Sequence record: DRR378314_2518
Direction: 5' to 3' (one strand)
Length of the DNA stretch: 49,091 bases
In this document: piece after piece, positions 10,129-21,000 of the stretch
Position numbering within the stretch: position 1 is the stretch's first letter
Layout of the letters: each line of letters opens with the position of its first letter
Translations under genes and position numbers: made by a program
The notes under the pieces: generated by a model
Database searches by the model: none
The model's input: the letters and a program-made list of their open reading frames with translations, nothing else
What the model was told of the DNA's origin: nothing

Positions 10129-10926
10129 TCAGGATAAGAGAAAGTCTTTCACGAACCGACTGCCAAAATATCCTAAGGTTAATAGGGTGCTGGCAAGTAC
10201 GGTAATGACCACAATAATGCGGCCTCGTAAGCCTGACGTCCGGTGCAAAACCACGGCCAAGAGATAAAGCAAAGCTGCGACGCTGGTTAAAATGGTTTTG
10301 TGTGCTTGCTGCTGAGCAAGCATGTCATCGAGGAAAAGAAACCCTGAGCCCAGAGCGAGAAACAGTACAAAAGTCCCCAGCGCCAGAAGATTAAAAAAGT
10401 ATTTTTCGACGGTCATTAATGGTGGCAGTTTGCTCAGCAGACTATGACCTTTGCGGTTTTTTAATACACGGTTTAAATAACTGGTTTGTAACGCGTAAAG
10501 TGTGGCTAAGGCCAATATTCCATAGGCGACCAGTGACAAGGTAATGTGAAAAACTAACCCATGTCCGATGCTGATGTCAGCACCCCAGTTAACCGGAGTG
10601 AACACAAGTAACAGTGTGGTAAGCGCAGAAAACAGATAAATAACCGGCTTCAGGAATAAGTTACTGGCCTGGTTATTTTTCACTACGGTTAAAGCGGCTA
10701 TCAGAAAAGCCACAATAGCCAGACTGGATGAGATATTAATGTGATCGAAATCATCGTTGGAAAGTTGTATTAAAATGAGCCAGCCATGCGCAGCAACCGC
10801 CAAAGCGGCTGGTACAATCTGATAAGCTGGGTGAAGCACTTTGTTTTTTAAGATATTTTGTAGAATAACAAAAGCGCTGGCACTGTAACCCAATAAGCTG
10901 ATTAGCAACAATAAAGAGAGCATCAC
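10129..10926 (-). CDS. ypjD: Cytochrome c assembly (CcsA-like) inner membrane protein
   Basis: Multi-TM; FHITLSLVAYG, LPPLMTVE, AHKTIL, LGYFGSRFV; divergent from ffh. Confidence 0.85.
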   Translation of the reverse strand: MMLSLLLLISLLGYSASAFVILQNILKNKVLHPAYQIVPAALAVAAHGWLILIQLSNDDFDHINISSSLAIVAFLIAALTVVKNNQASNLFLKPVIYLFSALTTLLLVFTPVNWGADISIGHGLVFHITLSLVAYGILALATLYALQTSYLNRVLKNRKGHSLLSKLPPLMTVEKYFFNLLALGTFVLFLALGSGFLFLDDMLAQQQAHKTILTSVAALLYLLAVVLHRTSGLRGRIIVVITVLASTLLTLGYFGSRFVKDFLLS

Positions 10927-11080
10927 GCGCCCGACTTCCCTGATTCCTGTTGTTCGTGCCCTGAGTATACGACGTCAGTCGGTTAAACCCAATACTTACG
11001 GGGCGAAACTTTCTTGCAAATCAGATATACTGCCCCCATTACTATTAACGTCAGAAATCGCAATATAAGAGACGATCGAC

Positions 11081-12445
11081 ATGTTTGAGAATTTATCGGA
11101 ACGCTTGTCGCAAACGCTGCATTCTATTGGTGGCCGGGGGCGACTGACCGAAGACAATATTAAAGAAACCTTGCGCGAAGTTCGCATGGCGCTGCTTGAA
11201 GCCGATGTTGCCTTGCCTGTGGTAAAAGACTTTATTGCTAAAGTTAAAGAACGGGCCGTAGGTACAGAGGTCAACAAAAGCCTGACGCCGGGGCAGGTTT
11301 TTGTCAAAATTGTCCAGTCTGAGCTGGAAGCGGCAATGGGTGAGGCGAATGCACCTCTGCAATTAAATACCCAGCCGCCAGCTGTTATTTTGATGGCAGG
11401 TTTGCAGGGTGCGGGTAAAACCACCAGTGTGGGCAAGCTGGCTAAATATTTAACTGAGCGCCAGAAGAAAAAAGTCATGGTGGTTAGTGCCGACGTTTAT
11501 CGTCCGGCCGCTATTAAACAGCTGGAAACTCTTGCCGAGCAGGTAGGCGTTGAGTTCTTCCCGTCTTCAACTGATCAAAAACCAGTTGATATTGCTAATG
11601 CTGCTATTGCCCAGGCACGTAAGCAGTTTATTGATGTGGTATTAGTGGATACCGCCGGTCGTCTCGCTATTGACGAAGACATGATGCAGGAAATTCAGCA
11701 GCTGCACTCAGCCATCAATCCGGTTGAAACCCTGTTTGTCGTTGACGCGATGACGGGTCAGGACGCGGCAAATACCGCCAAAGCATTCAGCGAGGCTTTG
11801 CCTTTAACGGGTGTTATTCTGACGAAGACCGATGGTGATGCTCGTGGTGGTGCGGCTCTGTCTATTCGCCATATTACCGGTAAGCCTATTAAATTCCTGG
11901 GTGTTGGTGAGAAAAACGATGCGCTGGAGCCGTTTCACCCGGACCGTGTAGCCTCCAGAATTCTTGGCATGGGCGATATGCTTTCTCTGATTGAGGAAGT
12001 CGAACAAAAAGTCGATAAAGAAAAAGCGGAGCGAGTGGCGAAAAAAGTCATGAAAAAAGGCCAGTTCTCACTGGAGGATTTTCGTGATCAGCTCGTACAG
12101 ATGCGTGAAATGGGCGGCATGATGGGATTAATGACCAAAATGCCGGGCATGGGTAAAATGACAGAACAAATGAAAGGTCAGATGGATGACAAAATGACCT
12201 TGCGCATGGAAGCCATTATCAACTCCATGACTCCTAAAGAACGGCTACGACCCGACGTAATAAAGGGCTCGCGTAAGCGCCGTATAGCAACCGGTTCAGG
12301 TACTCAGGTGCAGGACGTGAACAAGTTGCTTAAACAGTTTACTCAAATGCAAAAAATGATGAAAAAAATGAAAGGTGGCGGCATGCAGAAAATGATGCGC
12401 GGCATGGGCGGAAAGATGCCACCAGGAATGTTCCCCGGACGCTAG
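11081..12445 (+). CDS. ffh: Signal recognition particle protein
   Basis: GLQGAGKTT, DTAGR, TKTDGDARGG; Met-rich M domain with SRKRRIATGSG. Confidence 0.98.
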   Translation: MFENLSERLSQTLHSIGGRGRLTEDNIKETLREVRMALLEADVALPVVKDFIAKVKERAVGTEVNKSLTPGQVFVKIVQSELEAAMGEANAPLQLNTQPPAVILMAGLQGAGKTTSVGKLAKYLTERQKKKVMVVSADVYRPAAIKQLETLAEQVGVEFFPSSTDQKPVDIANAAIAQARKQFIDVVLVDTAGRLAIDEDMMQEIQQLHSAINPVETLFVVDAMTGQDAANTAKAFSEALPLTGVILTKTDGDARGGAALSIRHITGKPIKFLGVGEKNDALEPFHPDRVASRILGMGDMLSLIEEVEQKVDKEKAERVAKKVMKKGQFSLEDFRDQLVQMREMGGMMGLMTKMPGMGKMTEQMKGQMDDKMTLRMEAIINSMTPKERLRPDVIKGSRKRRIATGSGTQVQDVNKLLKQFTQMQKMMKKMKGGGMQKMMRGMGGKMPPGMFPGR

Positions 12446-12462
12446 GAAAAAGCGCGTCAAGC

Positions 12463-12490
12463 TTGCATTTGCAGTAAAAATCAGTAGAAT
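12463..12490 (+). promoter_or_regulatory. sigma70 promoter of the rpsP operon
   Basis: TTGCAT (12463-68), 16 nt, TAGAAT (12485-90), followed by a GC-rich discriminator. Confidence 0.65.
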
Positions 12491-12564
12491 TGCCGAGCCT
12501 TCCGACTCTGTCGGAGGGCTTTGCTATTTTTTACATTTACAAAACAGTTATATTGAGGAACGCA

Positions 12565-12813
12565 ATGGTAACCATTCGTTTACAACGTGGTGGCGCGAAA
12601 AAACGCCCCTTCTACCAAATGGTAGTTGCTGACAGTCGCAATGCTCGCGACGGTCGTTTCATTGAGAAAGTAGGATTTTTTAACCCTGTAGCTCGTGGTC
12701 AGGAAGAAAAACTTCGTGTTGATGTTGACCGCATTGAGCATTGGGTAAGCAAAGGCGCTCAGTTATCTGATCGTGTTGCTAAATTAGTTAAAGATGCAAG
12801 CGCTGCGGCGTAA
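12565..12813 (+). CDS. rpsP: 30S ribosomal protein S16
   Basis: [17 protein letters not shown]; true ATG at 12565 after GAGG (the ORF track start is too far upstream). Confidence 0.98.
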
Positions 12814-12841
12814 GCATTAACAGATTCAGGTAGGTAAATTA

Positions 12842-13366
12842 ATGCAGCAATCAGAGCAAATCGTCGTTGGTCGCATCGGTGCGGTGTATGGCGTAAAAGG
12901 CTGGTTGAAAGTGCAGTCATTTACCGATGATCCAGAATCGATATTTGAATACAGCCCTTGGTTACTCAGCCAGAAAACTGAGCGCGAAATGAAAGTTGTC
13001 GAGTGGCGTCGCCACAACAACGGACTTATCGCCAGGTTAGAAGGCATATCCGATCGCGATGAGGCTGCGCGCCTTACTGGTGCGGATATTTGCATTACGG
13101 CAGATGAGTTACCGGCATTAGCTGACGATGAGTTTTACTGGCGCGACCTTATTGGTATGCGTGTAGTGAACACCAACGGCTATGATATGGGTGTGGTTGA
13201 ACAAATTATGCCCACCGCATCGAACGATGTGTTGGTCGTAAAAGCAAACAGCAACGATGGGTTCGGAAAATCTGAACGTTTAATTCCTTTTATCCAAAGT
13301 GAATATGTCACGGCGGTTGATAAGGAAGCCAAACAGATTCAGGTTGAGTGGCCATCGGACTTTTGA
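12842..13366 (+). CDS. rimM: Ribosome maturation factor RimM
   Basis: [31 protein letters not shown]; operon position. Confidence 0.97.
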   Translation: MQQSEQIVVGRIGAVYGVKGWLKVQSFTDDPESIFEYSPWLLSQKTEREMKVVEWRRHNNGLIARLEGISDRDEAARLTGADICITADELPALADDEFYWRDLIGMRVVNTNGYDMGVVEQIMPTASNDVLVVKANSNDGFGKSERLIPFIQSEYVTAVDKEAKQIQVEWPSDF

Positions 13367-14124
13367 TGGGCAAGCCTTTGCAGGTTGGCGTCATCAGTTT
13401 GTTTCCTGAAATGTTTTCGGCCGTCACCGATTACGGTGTTACCGGCAGAGCAATAAAGGAAGGTTTGCTGACAGTGAGTGTCTGGAATCCTCGTGATTTC
13501 ACTCATGATCGCCACAGGACTGTTGATGACAGGCCTTATGGCGGTGGTCCGGGTATGTTGATGATGGTGCAGCCACTTGTGGATGCTATCAACGCAGCAA
13601 AACAAAGCCTGGGTGAGGATACACCTGTTATTTATTTGTCACCACAAGGGCAAAAACTTGATCACAGCGGAGTGCAACAGCTCTCCGGCAATGATCGAAT
13701 GATTTTGATTGCTGGCCGTTATGAAGGCATTGATGAACGCGTTATTAAACAATACGTTGATGCAGAATGGTCGATAGGGGATTACGTATTAAGCGGTGGT
13801 GAGTTGCCAGCAATGGTACTTATTGACGCCGTTTCACGGTTAATTCCCGGGGTGTTGGGACACCAGGATTCAGCAGCAGAAGATTCTTTTGCCAGCGGGT
13901 TACTGGACTGCCCTCACTATACTCGACCAGAAACTTATAATGAACAGCAAGTACCGCCGGTTTTATTAAGCGGTGATCATGAAAAGATACGTTGCTGGCG
14001 TTTACAGCAGTCTTTGGGTAAAACCTGGCTGCAACGACCAGAGTTAATTCATAGCCTAGCTCTGACTGACGAGCAGGAAACATTGTTGAACGAGTTTATC
14101 GCACAACAATCATCCGGCGAATAA
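13366..14124 (+). CDS. trmD: tRNA (guanine37-N1)-methyltransferase
   Basis: [41 protein letters not shown] overlaps the rimM TGA. Confidence 0.98.
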   Translation: MGKPLQVGVISLFPEMFSAVTDYGVTGRAIKEGLLTVSVWNPRDFTHDRHRTVDDRPYGGGPGMLMMVQPLVDAINAAKQSLGEDTPVIYLSPQGQKLDHSGVQQLSGNDRMILIAGRYEGIDERVIKQYVDAEWSIGDYVLSGGELPAMVLIDAVSRLIPGVLGHQDSAAEDSFASGLLDCPHYTRPETYNEQQVPPVLLSGDHEKIRCWRLQQSLGKTWLQRPELIHSLALTDEQETLLNEFIAQQSSGE

Positions 14125-14156
14125 AGTACAGTTTACCTAGGATAGGAGATACGAAA

Positions 14157-14516
14157 ATGGCAAAAGTTAGCCAAAGCATCATTAAGGCTCTTGAAGAAGA
14201 GCAGATGAAACAAGATTTACCTGAGTTTGCACCAGGTGACACTGTTGTTGTAAATGTAAAAGTAAAAGAGGGTAACCGCGAACGTCTTCAGGCGTTTGAA
14301 GGTGTTGTTATCCGTGTTCGTAACCGCGGTCTGCATTCAGCGTTCACAGTACGTAAAGTATCGAACGGTGAAGGCGTAGAGCGTACTTTCCAAACGCACA
14401 GCCCATTAGTTGACAGCATTAAAGTCAAACGTCGTGGTGCGGTTCGTCGCGCGAAACTGTACTACTTGCGTGAGCGTTCTGGTAAGTCTGCACGTATCCG
14501 CGAGAAGCTGTCTTAA
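14157..14516 (+). CDS. rplS: 50S ribosomal protein L19
   Basis: [28 protein letters not shown]. Confidence 0.98.
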   Translation: MAKVSQSIIKALEEEQMKQDLPEFAPGDTVVVNVKVKEGNRERLQAFEGVVIRVRNRGLHSAFTVRKVSNGEGVERTFQTHSPLVDSIKVKRRGAVRRAKLYYLRERSGKSARIREKLS

Positions 14517-14545
14517 GCTTTTAGCAAACAAACGAAATAGCAAAG

Positions 14546-14573
14546 AAAAACCCAGCCTTGTGCTGGGTTTTTT
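14546..14573 (+). terminator. Intrinsic terminator of the rpsP-rplS operon
   Basis: AAAAACCCAGC-CTTGT-GCTGGGTTTTTT. Confidence 0.9.
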
Positions 14574-14587
14574 GATAGTGTTTTAGA

Positions 14588-15190
14588 ATGAACGAAGATA
14601 TCGAAATATTAACCCAGATTTTAGCTGAAAATTTGGATGCTCAGCACCACTGGACTGAGCATGAACTGATTGCGTCTTTGCAGGGGCCGCCTTATGAGTT
14701 CTTTGATAAAGAAGCTCTGCGTGATCCCTTGACCTTGTTTCAGACTCACTTTTTATTGTTTCACTGTCTTTATAAATTGCGTGAACGCTGGCGGAAAGAA
14801 AAAAAGTACGAGCTTTTTATTCATACCCTGAATATTGAATGTCAGCCATGGCAACGTGGCGTTTCTGCATTGACAGAAAAGGACGCGTTAGCAGAATATT
14901 ATTTAGATCTGAATCAACTGGGCTCGACATCCGGCGCTGATGTTGAATCTATGCTGGATGATTTTTGGCGGCGCATGGGGCATTCTTCTTCTAGGGTGGA
15001 AACCAGTATGCCTGTGAACGATGCCTGGCAGATTATGGAAGTTGAACCGCCGGCAAGCCAGACCTTTATTAAAAAGCAATATCGTAAATTAGTACACAAG
15101 TATCATCCCGATAAAGGCGGGAGTGTGGCTAAAATGCAAAAAATTCAGAAAGCCTACCATCGTGTTATAGAAGCCATCAAAGAGGAATAA
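14588..15190 (+). CDS. DNA-J-related domain protein with C-terminal J domain
   Basis: LFQTHFLLFHCLYKL N-terminal motif; IKKQYRKLVHKYHPDKGG J-domain with HPD. Confidence 0.85.
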   Translation: MNEDIEILTQILAENLDAQHHWTEHELIASLQGPPYEFFDKEALRDPLTLFQTHFLLFHCLYKLRERWRKEKKYELFIHTLNIECQPWQRGVSALTEKDALAEYYLDLNQLGSTSGADVESMLDDFWRRMGHSSSRVETSMPVNDAWQIMEVEPPASQTFIKKQYRKLVHKYHPDKGGSVAKMQKIQKAYHRVIEAIKEE

Positions 15191-15201
15191 GATAACAGCT
15201 C

Positions 15202-16344
15202 ATGAGCCATGACCCGGACCAACAATTATCAGAACTGCGCAATGCAATTGATGCCACTGATAACGAATTAATTGAGATAATTGCCCGGCGAGCAAAGTTA
15301 ACAGCCGCTGTGGGAGAAACCAAACGTTCGTTGAAACAGCCTCTTTACGTTCCACAGAGAGAACGTTCTTTAATAAAAGCGCGCAGAAGCAAAGCCAAAG
15401 AGGCAGGCTTGTCGGAAGACTTAATCGAAGATGTTATTCGTCGTATTATTCGAGAGTCGTATCGGACGCAAACAGCACAGGCGGCTGCAACTTCGACTCA
15501 ACTTGAACGACCGGTTTTTGTGTTTGGCGGTAAAGGAGCTTTGGGTGCGCGTCTGGTCAGTCAGTTACGACAAACAGGCTATTCGGTAATAACCATCGAT
15601 AAAGACGATCACTGGCCAGACAAGGACGATTTAAGCCAGGCGCAGTTGGTATTGATGAGTGTGCCGGTCAATAAGACCGTTGAATTGATAAAGCAGTTAC
15701 CACCTTTAGCGGAGGACTGTGTTCTGGCTGATGTAACCAGTATTAAAGCGGCTCCTTTAAATGCCATGCTGGCACAGCATCGCGGCCCTGTCGTTGGCTT
15801 GCATCCTATGTTTGGTCCTTCTGTGCAGAACTTGGCGAAGCAGCTGGTGGTTGTTACTCACGGTCGTCAGACTGAGCGTTATCAGTGGTTACTGGACCAG
15901 TTTGTTAACTGGGGCGCGCACTTACACGAAGTGAATGCCGATAAGCATGACGACGCTATGGGCTGGATCCAGGCGATGCGTCATTTAAGCACTTTTGCTT
16001 ACGGTGTTCACCTGGCTAATGAACGTGTCGATATTAAAGAGTTGCTGGAACTGAGCTCGCCTATTTATCGAATGGAATTGATGATGATTGGCCGTTTGTT
16101 TGCGCAAAATGCGGAACTTTATGCCGATATTATTGCTGCGAACAAAGGACAATTTGCATCGATCAGACGTTATCTGCAGCAATTCTCAGCAATCATTGAT
16201 GATATCGAAAACGGTAAAAAGTCTGACTTTATATCTCTTTTCGATGAAGTTAGCCAGTATTTCGGTGAATTTTCCAGTCAGTTCTTGAAAGAAAGTGAAT
16301 CTTTGGTTCAATTGGCGGACGACCAAAGATTCAAGCATCAGTAA
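15202..16344 (+). CDS. tyrA: Bifunctional chorismate mutase/prephenate dehydrogenase
   Basis: AroQ-type N-terminus (LRNAIDATD...RE); GGKGALG, DVTSIK, HPMFGP, HDDAMGWIQAMRH, RLFAQNAELY. Confidence 0.93.
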   Translation: MSHDPDQQLSELRNAIDATDNELIEIIARRAKLTAAVGETKRSLKQPLYVPQRERSLIKARRSKAKEAGLSEDLIEDVIRRIIRESYRTQTAQAAATSTQLERPVFVFGGKGALGARLVSQLRQTGYSVITIDKDDHWPDKDDLSQAQLVLMSVPVNKTVELIKQLPPLAEDCVLADVTSIKAAPLNAMLAQHRGPVVGLHPMFGPSVQNLAKQLVVVTHGRQTERYQWLLDQFVNWGAHLHEVNADKHDDAMGWIQAMRHLSTFAYGVHLANERVDIKELLELSSPIYRMELMMIGRLFAQNAELYADIIAANKGQFASIRRYLQQFSAIIDDIENGKKSDFISLFDEVSQYFGEFSSQFLKESESLVQLADDQRFKHQ

Positions 16345-16363
16345 TAGTTGCTGGCTACAAGCT

Positions 16364-16720
16364 TTATAAGTATTCCGTCATTAACTCGCTAAGCGCTTCT
16401 GGTGAAACTGGCTTATGCAATGTTGCATTCATGCCGGCTTCACGACAAGCGCTCATTTCGCTCGCGCTTTGATGACTGGTGATAGCGATAACCGGTGTGT
16501 TCTTGTGCATATCGCTTTGTCGCAACTCCTGGCAGACTTCAGCTCCCGACATGTCCGGCATTTCGTAATCCAGAAAGATAAGGTCCGGAGCCTCTCCTGC
16601 CAGGTTCAAAGCTTCTTCCCCTGTCATTGCTGTTAATATACTTACCTCAAAATTGGCCAGCATCGCTTTTAACACTTCAAGGCTGATAAAGTCGTCGTCA
16701 GCAATAAGAACTTTGCGCAT
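16364..16720 (-). CDS. Single-domain response regulator (CheY-like)
   Basis: VLIADDD, IFLDYEMPDMSG, HKPV; start ATG 16720 or GTG 16726. Confidence 0.88.
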   Translation of the reverse strand: MRKVLIADDDFISLEVLKAMLANFEVSILTAMTGEEALNLAGEAPDLIFLDYEMPDMSGAEVCQELRQSDMHKNTPVIAITSHQSASEMSACREAGMNATLHKPVSPEALSELMTEYL

Positions 16721-16798
16721 AGTCACTACCCATTTAATGGAATTAATTATACCCTAGCACTTAGCTTTTTATATTCCCAGTAATTTGGAGCTAACAAC

Positions 16799-17446
16799 AT
16801 GAATCAGAAAGGAAATTCTATAAAAGTTTGGGATAGCTTTATTCGTGTATTTCACGGCCTGCTTATCTTGCTTTTAGGCGGACTCTGGTGGACCGTCGAA
16901 AATGGCCGCATGGAGCTGCATAAGGATATTGGAATTGCCTTACTTGCGTTACTTTTAGTCAGAGTTTGCTGGGGAATATTTGGTAGCGAAAATGCCCGTT
17001 TTAAAACCTTTTTAAAGTCTCCTAAGGCTATCTTGAAGCATCTGCATAATGTTTTTAAAGGGCGCTATGAAGCAGAAAACACCCACAGCACTGCTGGTGG
17101 CTGGGCTGTCATCATTATGCTTGGGTTGCTTTTAAGCCAGGTTATTACGGGGCTATTTTCAACCGACGGCATTTTATTTTCGGGGCCATTATCTAATTGG
17201 CTATCTTCGGATGGGCAAAAAGCGGTAACCAGCTGGCATAAAACCCAGTTCGACGTAATATTAATTGTTATTGCCGTACATATTCTGGCCGTGCTTTTTT
17301 ATCGCTTTAAAGGAACACCTTTAGTGGCTTCCATGGTGCATGGTTACAGAATCACCAGTCAGCAAGCGCCAAATCTAAAACCCGGTTGGCAGGGGCTCAT
17401 TTTAGCGGTTGCTGTCTGGTTAATCTTAATGTTGCTGCTTAACTAG
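16799..17446 (+). CDS. Cytochrome b/b6-domain (Ni-hydrogenase cyt b-like) membrane protein
   Basis: VWDSFIRVFH, ELHKDIG, RVCWGIFGS, QVITGLF, WH...VHI heme-ligand His pattern. Confidence 0.85.
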   Translation: MNQKGNSIKVWDSFIRVFHGLLILLLGGLWWTVENGRMELHKDIGIALLALLLVRVCWGIFGSENARFKTFLKSPKAILKHLHNVFKGRYEAENTHSTAGGWAVIIMLGLLLSQVITGLFSTDGILFSGPLSNWLSSDGQKAVTSWHKTQFDVILIVIAVHILAVLFYRFKGTPLVASMVHGYRITSQQAPNLKPGWQGLILAVAVWLILMLLLN

Positions 17447-17907
17447 TCTTTATATTCGTCGTGGCAACCTTTGCAGGTTTTTGCGGCGTCCATAAAAACG
17501 GGTTTTATTGAGTCAATAGAGCCTTCTTGGCTAACTTCAGCCAGTTTCGCAGCGTACTCTTGCAAGTCATTAGCGCGCTGCTGAAAGTCATCCCAGTTAT
17601 CCCATATGGCAGTTAATGCATCAGAGTTATTGCCTGGCATTGCGCCTTCAACGGCAAAACCGGCCCACGGAATACCTGACATTTTCTCGAAATCATTTGC
17701 ACGACGTTGAAAAAAATCTGCGTTGTATTCAACTTCGCCTTTTACCATAGCGGCCATAGCGGAAAAGTTTTCTTTCATAACAGACAATGCTTTTTGACGG
17801 TACTCTACGGCTTTCTCGGCATCGTTAAAGGCGGTTTCATCAGCGGCTACATTGAATGACAGAGTCATCAGGCCAGCTAGAGCTGTTGTTAGTAATTGTT
17901 TTTTCAT
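17443..17907 (-). CDS. Class II cytochrome c (cytochrome c'/c556)
   Basis: Signal peptide; VEYRQ, AIWDNWDDF, C-terminal CKGCH heme motif. Confidence 0.92.
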   Translation of the reverse strand: MKKQLLTTALAGLMTLSFNVAADETAFNDAEKAVEYRQKALSVMKENFSAMAAMVKGEVEYNADFFQRRANDFEKMSGIPWAGFAVEGAMPGNNSDALTAIWDNWDDFQQRANDLQEYAAKLAEVSQEGSIDSIKPVFMDAAKTCKGCHDEYKD

Positions 17908-18048
17908 TGAAACACTCCGTTTATTGAATTCACTGATCGTTAATAATACACGATCTGTCGGTTAATGCTTGTCACCTCTATGTATAACAAAGTAACTTAT
18001 CTAATGAGATAACTAAATGACAAGAATAAGTCAAAATGGGGACAATTC

Positions 18049-21000
18049 ATGAAAAAAGTGCATCAGTTCAGTGCTTTGACGTTAGCGGTAACGTCGGTAC
18101 TGACCGCTTCGGTTGCGGCTGATCAGACTTCCCGGACAAACGGGATGCGGGATAACACACCAAGTCTGACAGCAATTCAGAATGCAACAATTATTACTGA
18201 GCCGGGAAAATCTATTACTAACGCCACTTTGGTTATTGAAAATGGCGCTGTTCAGTCAATTGAGCGCAATAATCGGGCTCCTGCAGGAGCGCGGGTGATT
18301 GACGGGACCGGATACACGATTTACCCGGGATTTATTGACCCCTACAGCAGCTACGGAATTAACGTTAGCAGTGAGCAAGAACGTTCAGATACGCCAATTT
18401 ATAACAATGAGCGTGAGGGCGGCAACGCGGCAAATGACGCGATTCACTCGCAAAAACACTGGTTCAGTGAGTTTAAGACCAATTCTGAAAACGCGAATAA
18501 ATGGGTGTCACAAGGTTTCACCAGTGTGCAGTCAGCTAACTTAGACGGTATTTTTCAGGGGCAGGCGGTAACGGTTTCGCTGGCAGACAAAATACCTAAT
18601 GACGTTATTTACCAAAGTGAGGCAAAGCACTTCGGTTCATTTGATAAAGGCTCCTCACAGCAGCAGTACCCGTCATCGCTAATGGGCAGTATTGCGCTGG
18701 TCAGACAAACCTTATCTGATGCTAACTGGTATGAAAACTCTTATGGAAAGCAGTCGCATAATCAATCGGTTGAATTTAATGCGGCGCTTGATTCACTGAC
18801 AGATATCGAGAATACCGGAATTGTTTTTAAAGTAAGCAATGAAAAGTCATTGTTACGTGCTGATGATGTCTTTGATCAGTTCAAAGTGCCGTCGGTTTAT
18901 GTTGCCTCGGGTTATGAATATGCGCGCTTAGACGCGGTAAAAAATGCCGGGAGTGATTTAATTCTCCCACTTAACTTTCCGGCTGCACCAGACGTTGGCG
19001 GTGTCGATGCGCACCTCGACGTCGATTTAGCTAAGCTGCGCCACTGGGAACGAGCTCCGTCTAATCCAGCTATGTTAGCTGAGGCAGGTGTGAACTTTGC
19101 TTTGACTTTACACGACCTGGAAAATGCGGAGAGCTTTTGGCCTAACCTGCGTAAAGCGGTTAAGTATGGCTTGAGCGAAGAGCAGGCTCTTGCTGCGTTG
19201 ACGACTATTCCGGCGAAAATTGCCGGGGTAGACGACAAAGCCGGTAAGCTGGCTCAGGGCTACAAGGCTGACTTTGTTATGGTCAAAGGCGATTTGTTTG
19301 CAGATGGCACCATTCAGTCAGTTTGGTTGCAGGGCGAAGAAAACGAGCTGGTATCACGGGATAAAGTCGATTTTGTTGGCAATTACAGCATGAAATTGAA
19401 TGACCTGGATATCGAGATTGCAATTAAACCTGGTGCAGCGCTAAGCGGTGAAGTTAAGGCGAATGAAAAGACCAGCGCTTTACGTCACGTTCAGTCTGGA
19501 AACCAGTCTTTGTCTTTTGTTGCCGACCTGGAAGCAGAACCCGCTGGAAGCTGGCGCTTCAAGCTGGAACCTGAAGCTCAGGGAGTGTTTTTAGTAACGG
19601 CTGTTTCTCCTCAAGGAGAGGAAGTCAGGTTAGAGGCTCAAATGGATTCTGCTGAAAGCGAGACTGAAACAAGCGGTGAAGCAGAGCCGGTGAATTATGT
19701 CAGCGAGCTGACTTTCCCGAATGTGGCATACGGCCTGGACGGTTTGCCGGAGCGTCAGGATGTTCTTATCCGCAACGTAACGGTTTGGACTGCAACGGAC
19801 GACGGCATTCTTGAAGAAACTGATGTGCTGGTTCGAGATGGTGAATTTGCAGCTATTGGCAAAAACTTGTCTGCACCTTCCGGCGTGACTGAAATTGATG
19901 GCGCAGGAATGCATTTAACTCCGGGAATCATCGACGAGCATTCACACATTGCTATTGAAGGTGGTGTTAACGAAGGCTCTGAAGCGGTGACATCGGAAGT
20001 CCGAATTGGTGATGTGGTTAACCCGGATGATATTCACATTTATCGTTCGCTGGCAGGCGGTACGACCATGGCACAGTTGCTGCACGGCTCAGCTAACCCT
20101 ATTGGCGGTCAGGCGCAAGTGATTAAGTTACGCTGGGGAGCTGATGCTAATGTCATGAAGTTTGATGCAGCCCCTGAGTCTATCAAGTTTGCATTGGGCG
20201 AAAACGTTAAGCAGAGTAACTGGGGCGACAACATGACCGTTCGTTACCCTCAAACTCGCCTGGGTGTTGAAACCATTATGCGCGACGCTTTCCAGGCTGC
20301 TCTTGAGTATCAGCAGCGGAAACAGGCTTACGAACGTATGAGCCGTTCAGAACGCAATAAAGTTGCAGCTCCGCGGCCGGATTATCGTCTGGAGACATTG
20401 CTGGAAATTCTAAACAGTGAACGCTTTGTACATGCTCACTCTTACGTAGCGTCAGAAATTTTGATGTTAATGGAAGTCGCAGAAGACTTTGGGTTTACCC
20501 TGGATACCTTTACTCACATTCTGGAAGGCTACAAGGTCGCTGATGAAATGGCTGAGCACGGTGCCAGTGGCTCAACCTTTGCGGACTGGTGGGCATATAA
20601 GTTTGAGGTTTATGATGCCATTCCGCATAACGCGTGCTTGATGAAAGAACGCGGAGTCTTAACCAGCATTAACTCTGACAGTAATGACTTACAACGTCGT
20701 TTAAATACTGAAGCGGCTAAATCGGTTCTGTACTGTGATATGGATCCACACGAAGCACTGAAAATGGTGACCATTAACCCGGCTAAGCAGTTAAAAGTGG
20801 ACCGTTATGTAGGGTCTGTTGAAAAAGGTAAACACGCCGATTTCGTACTTTGGAGCCATTATCCGTTAAGTGCTTATGCGCGAGCAGAGCAAACCTGGAT
20901 CAACGGCCGTAAGTTCTTCGACCGCGAACTGGATAAACAACGACAGCAGGCAGTTAAACAAGAAAAGAACGCACTTATCCAAAAAGTTTTAGCGGCAGGT

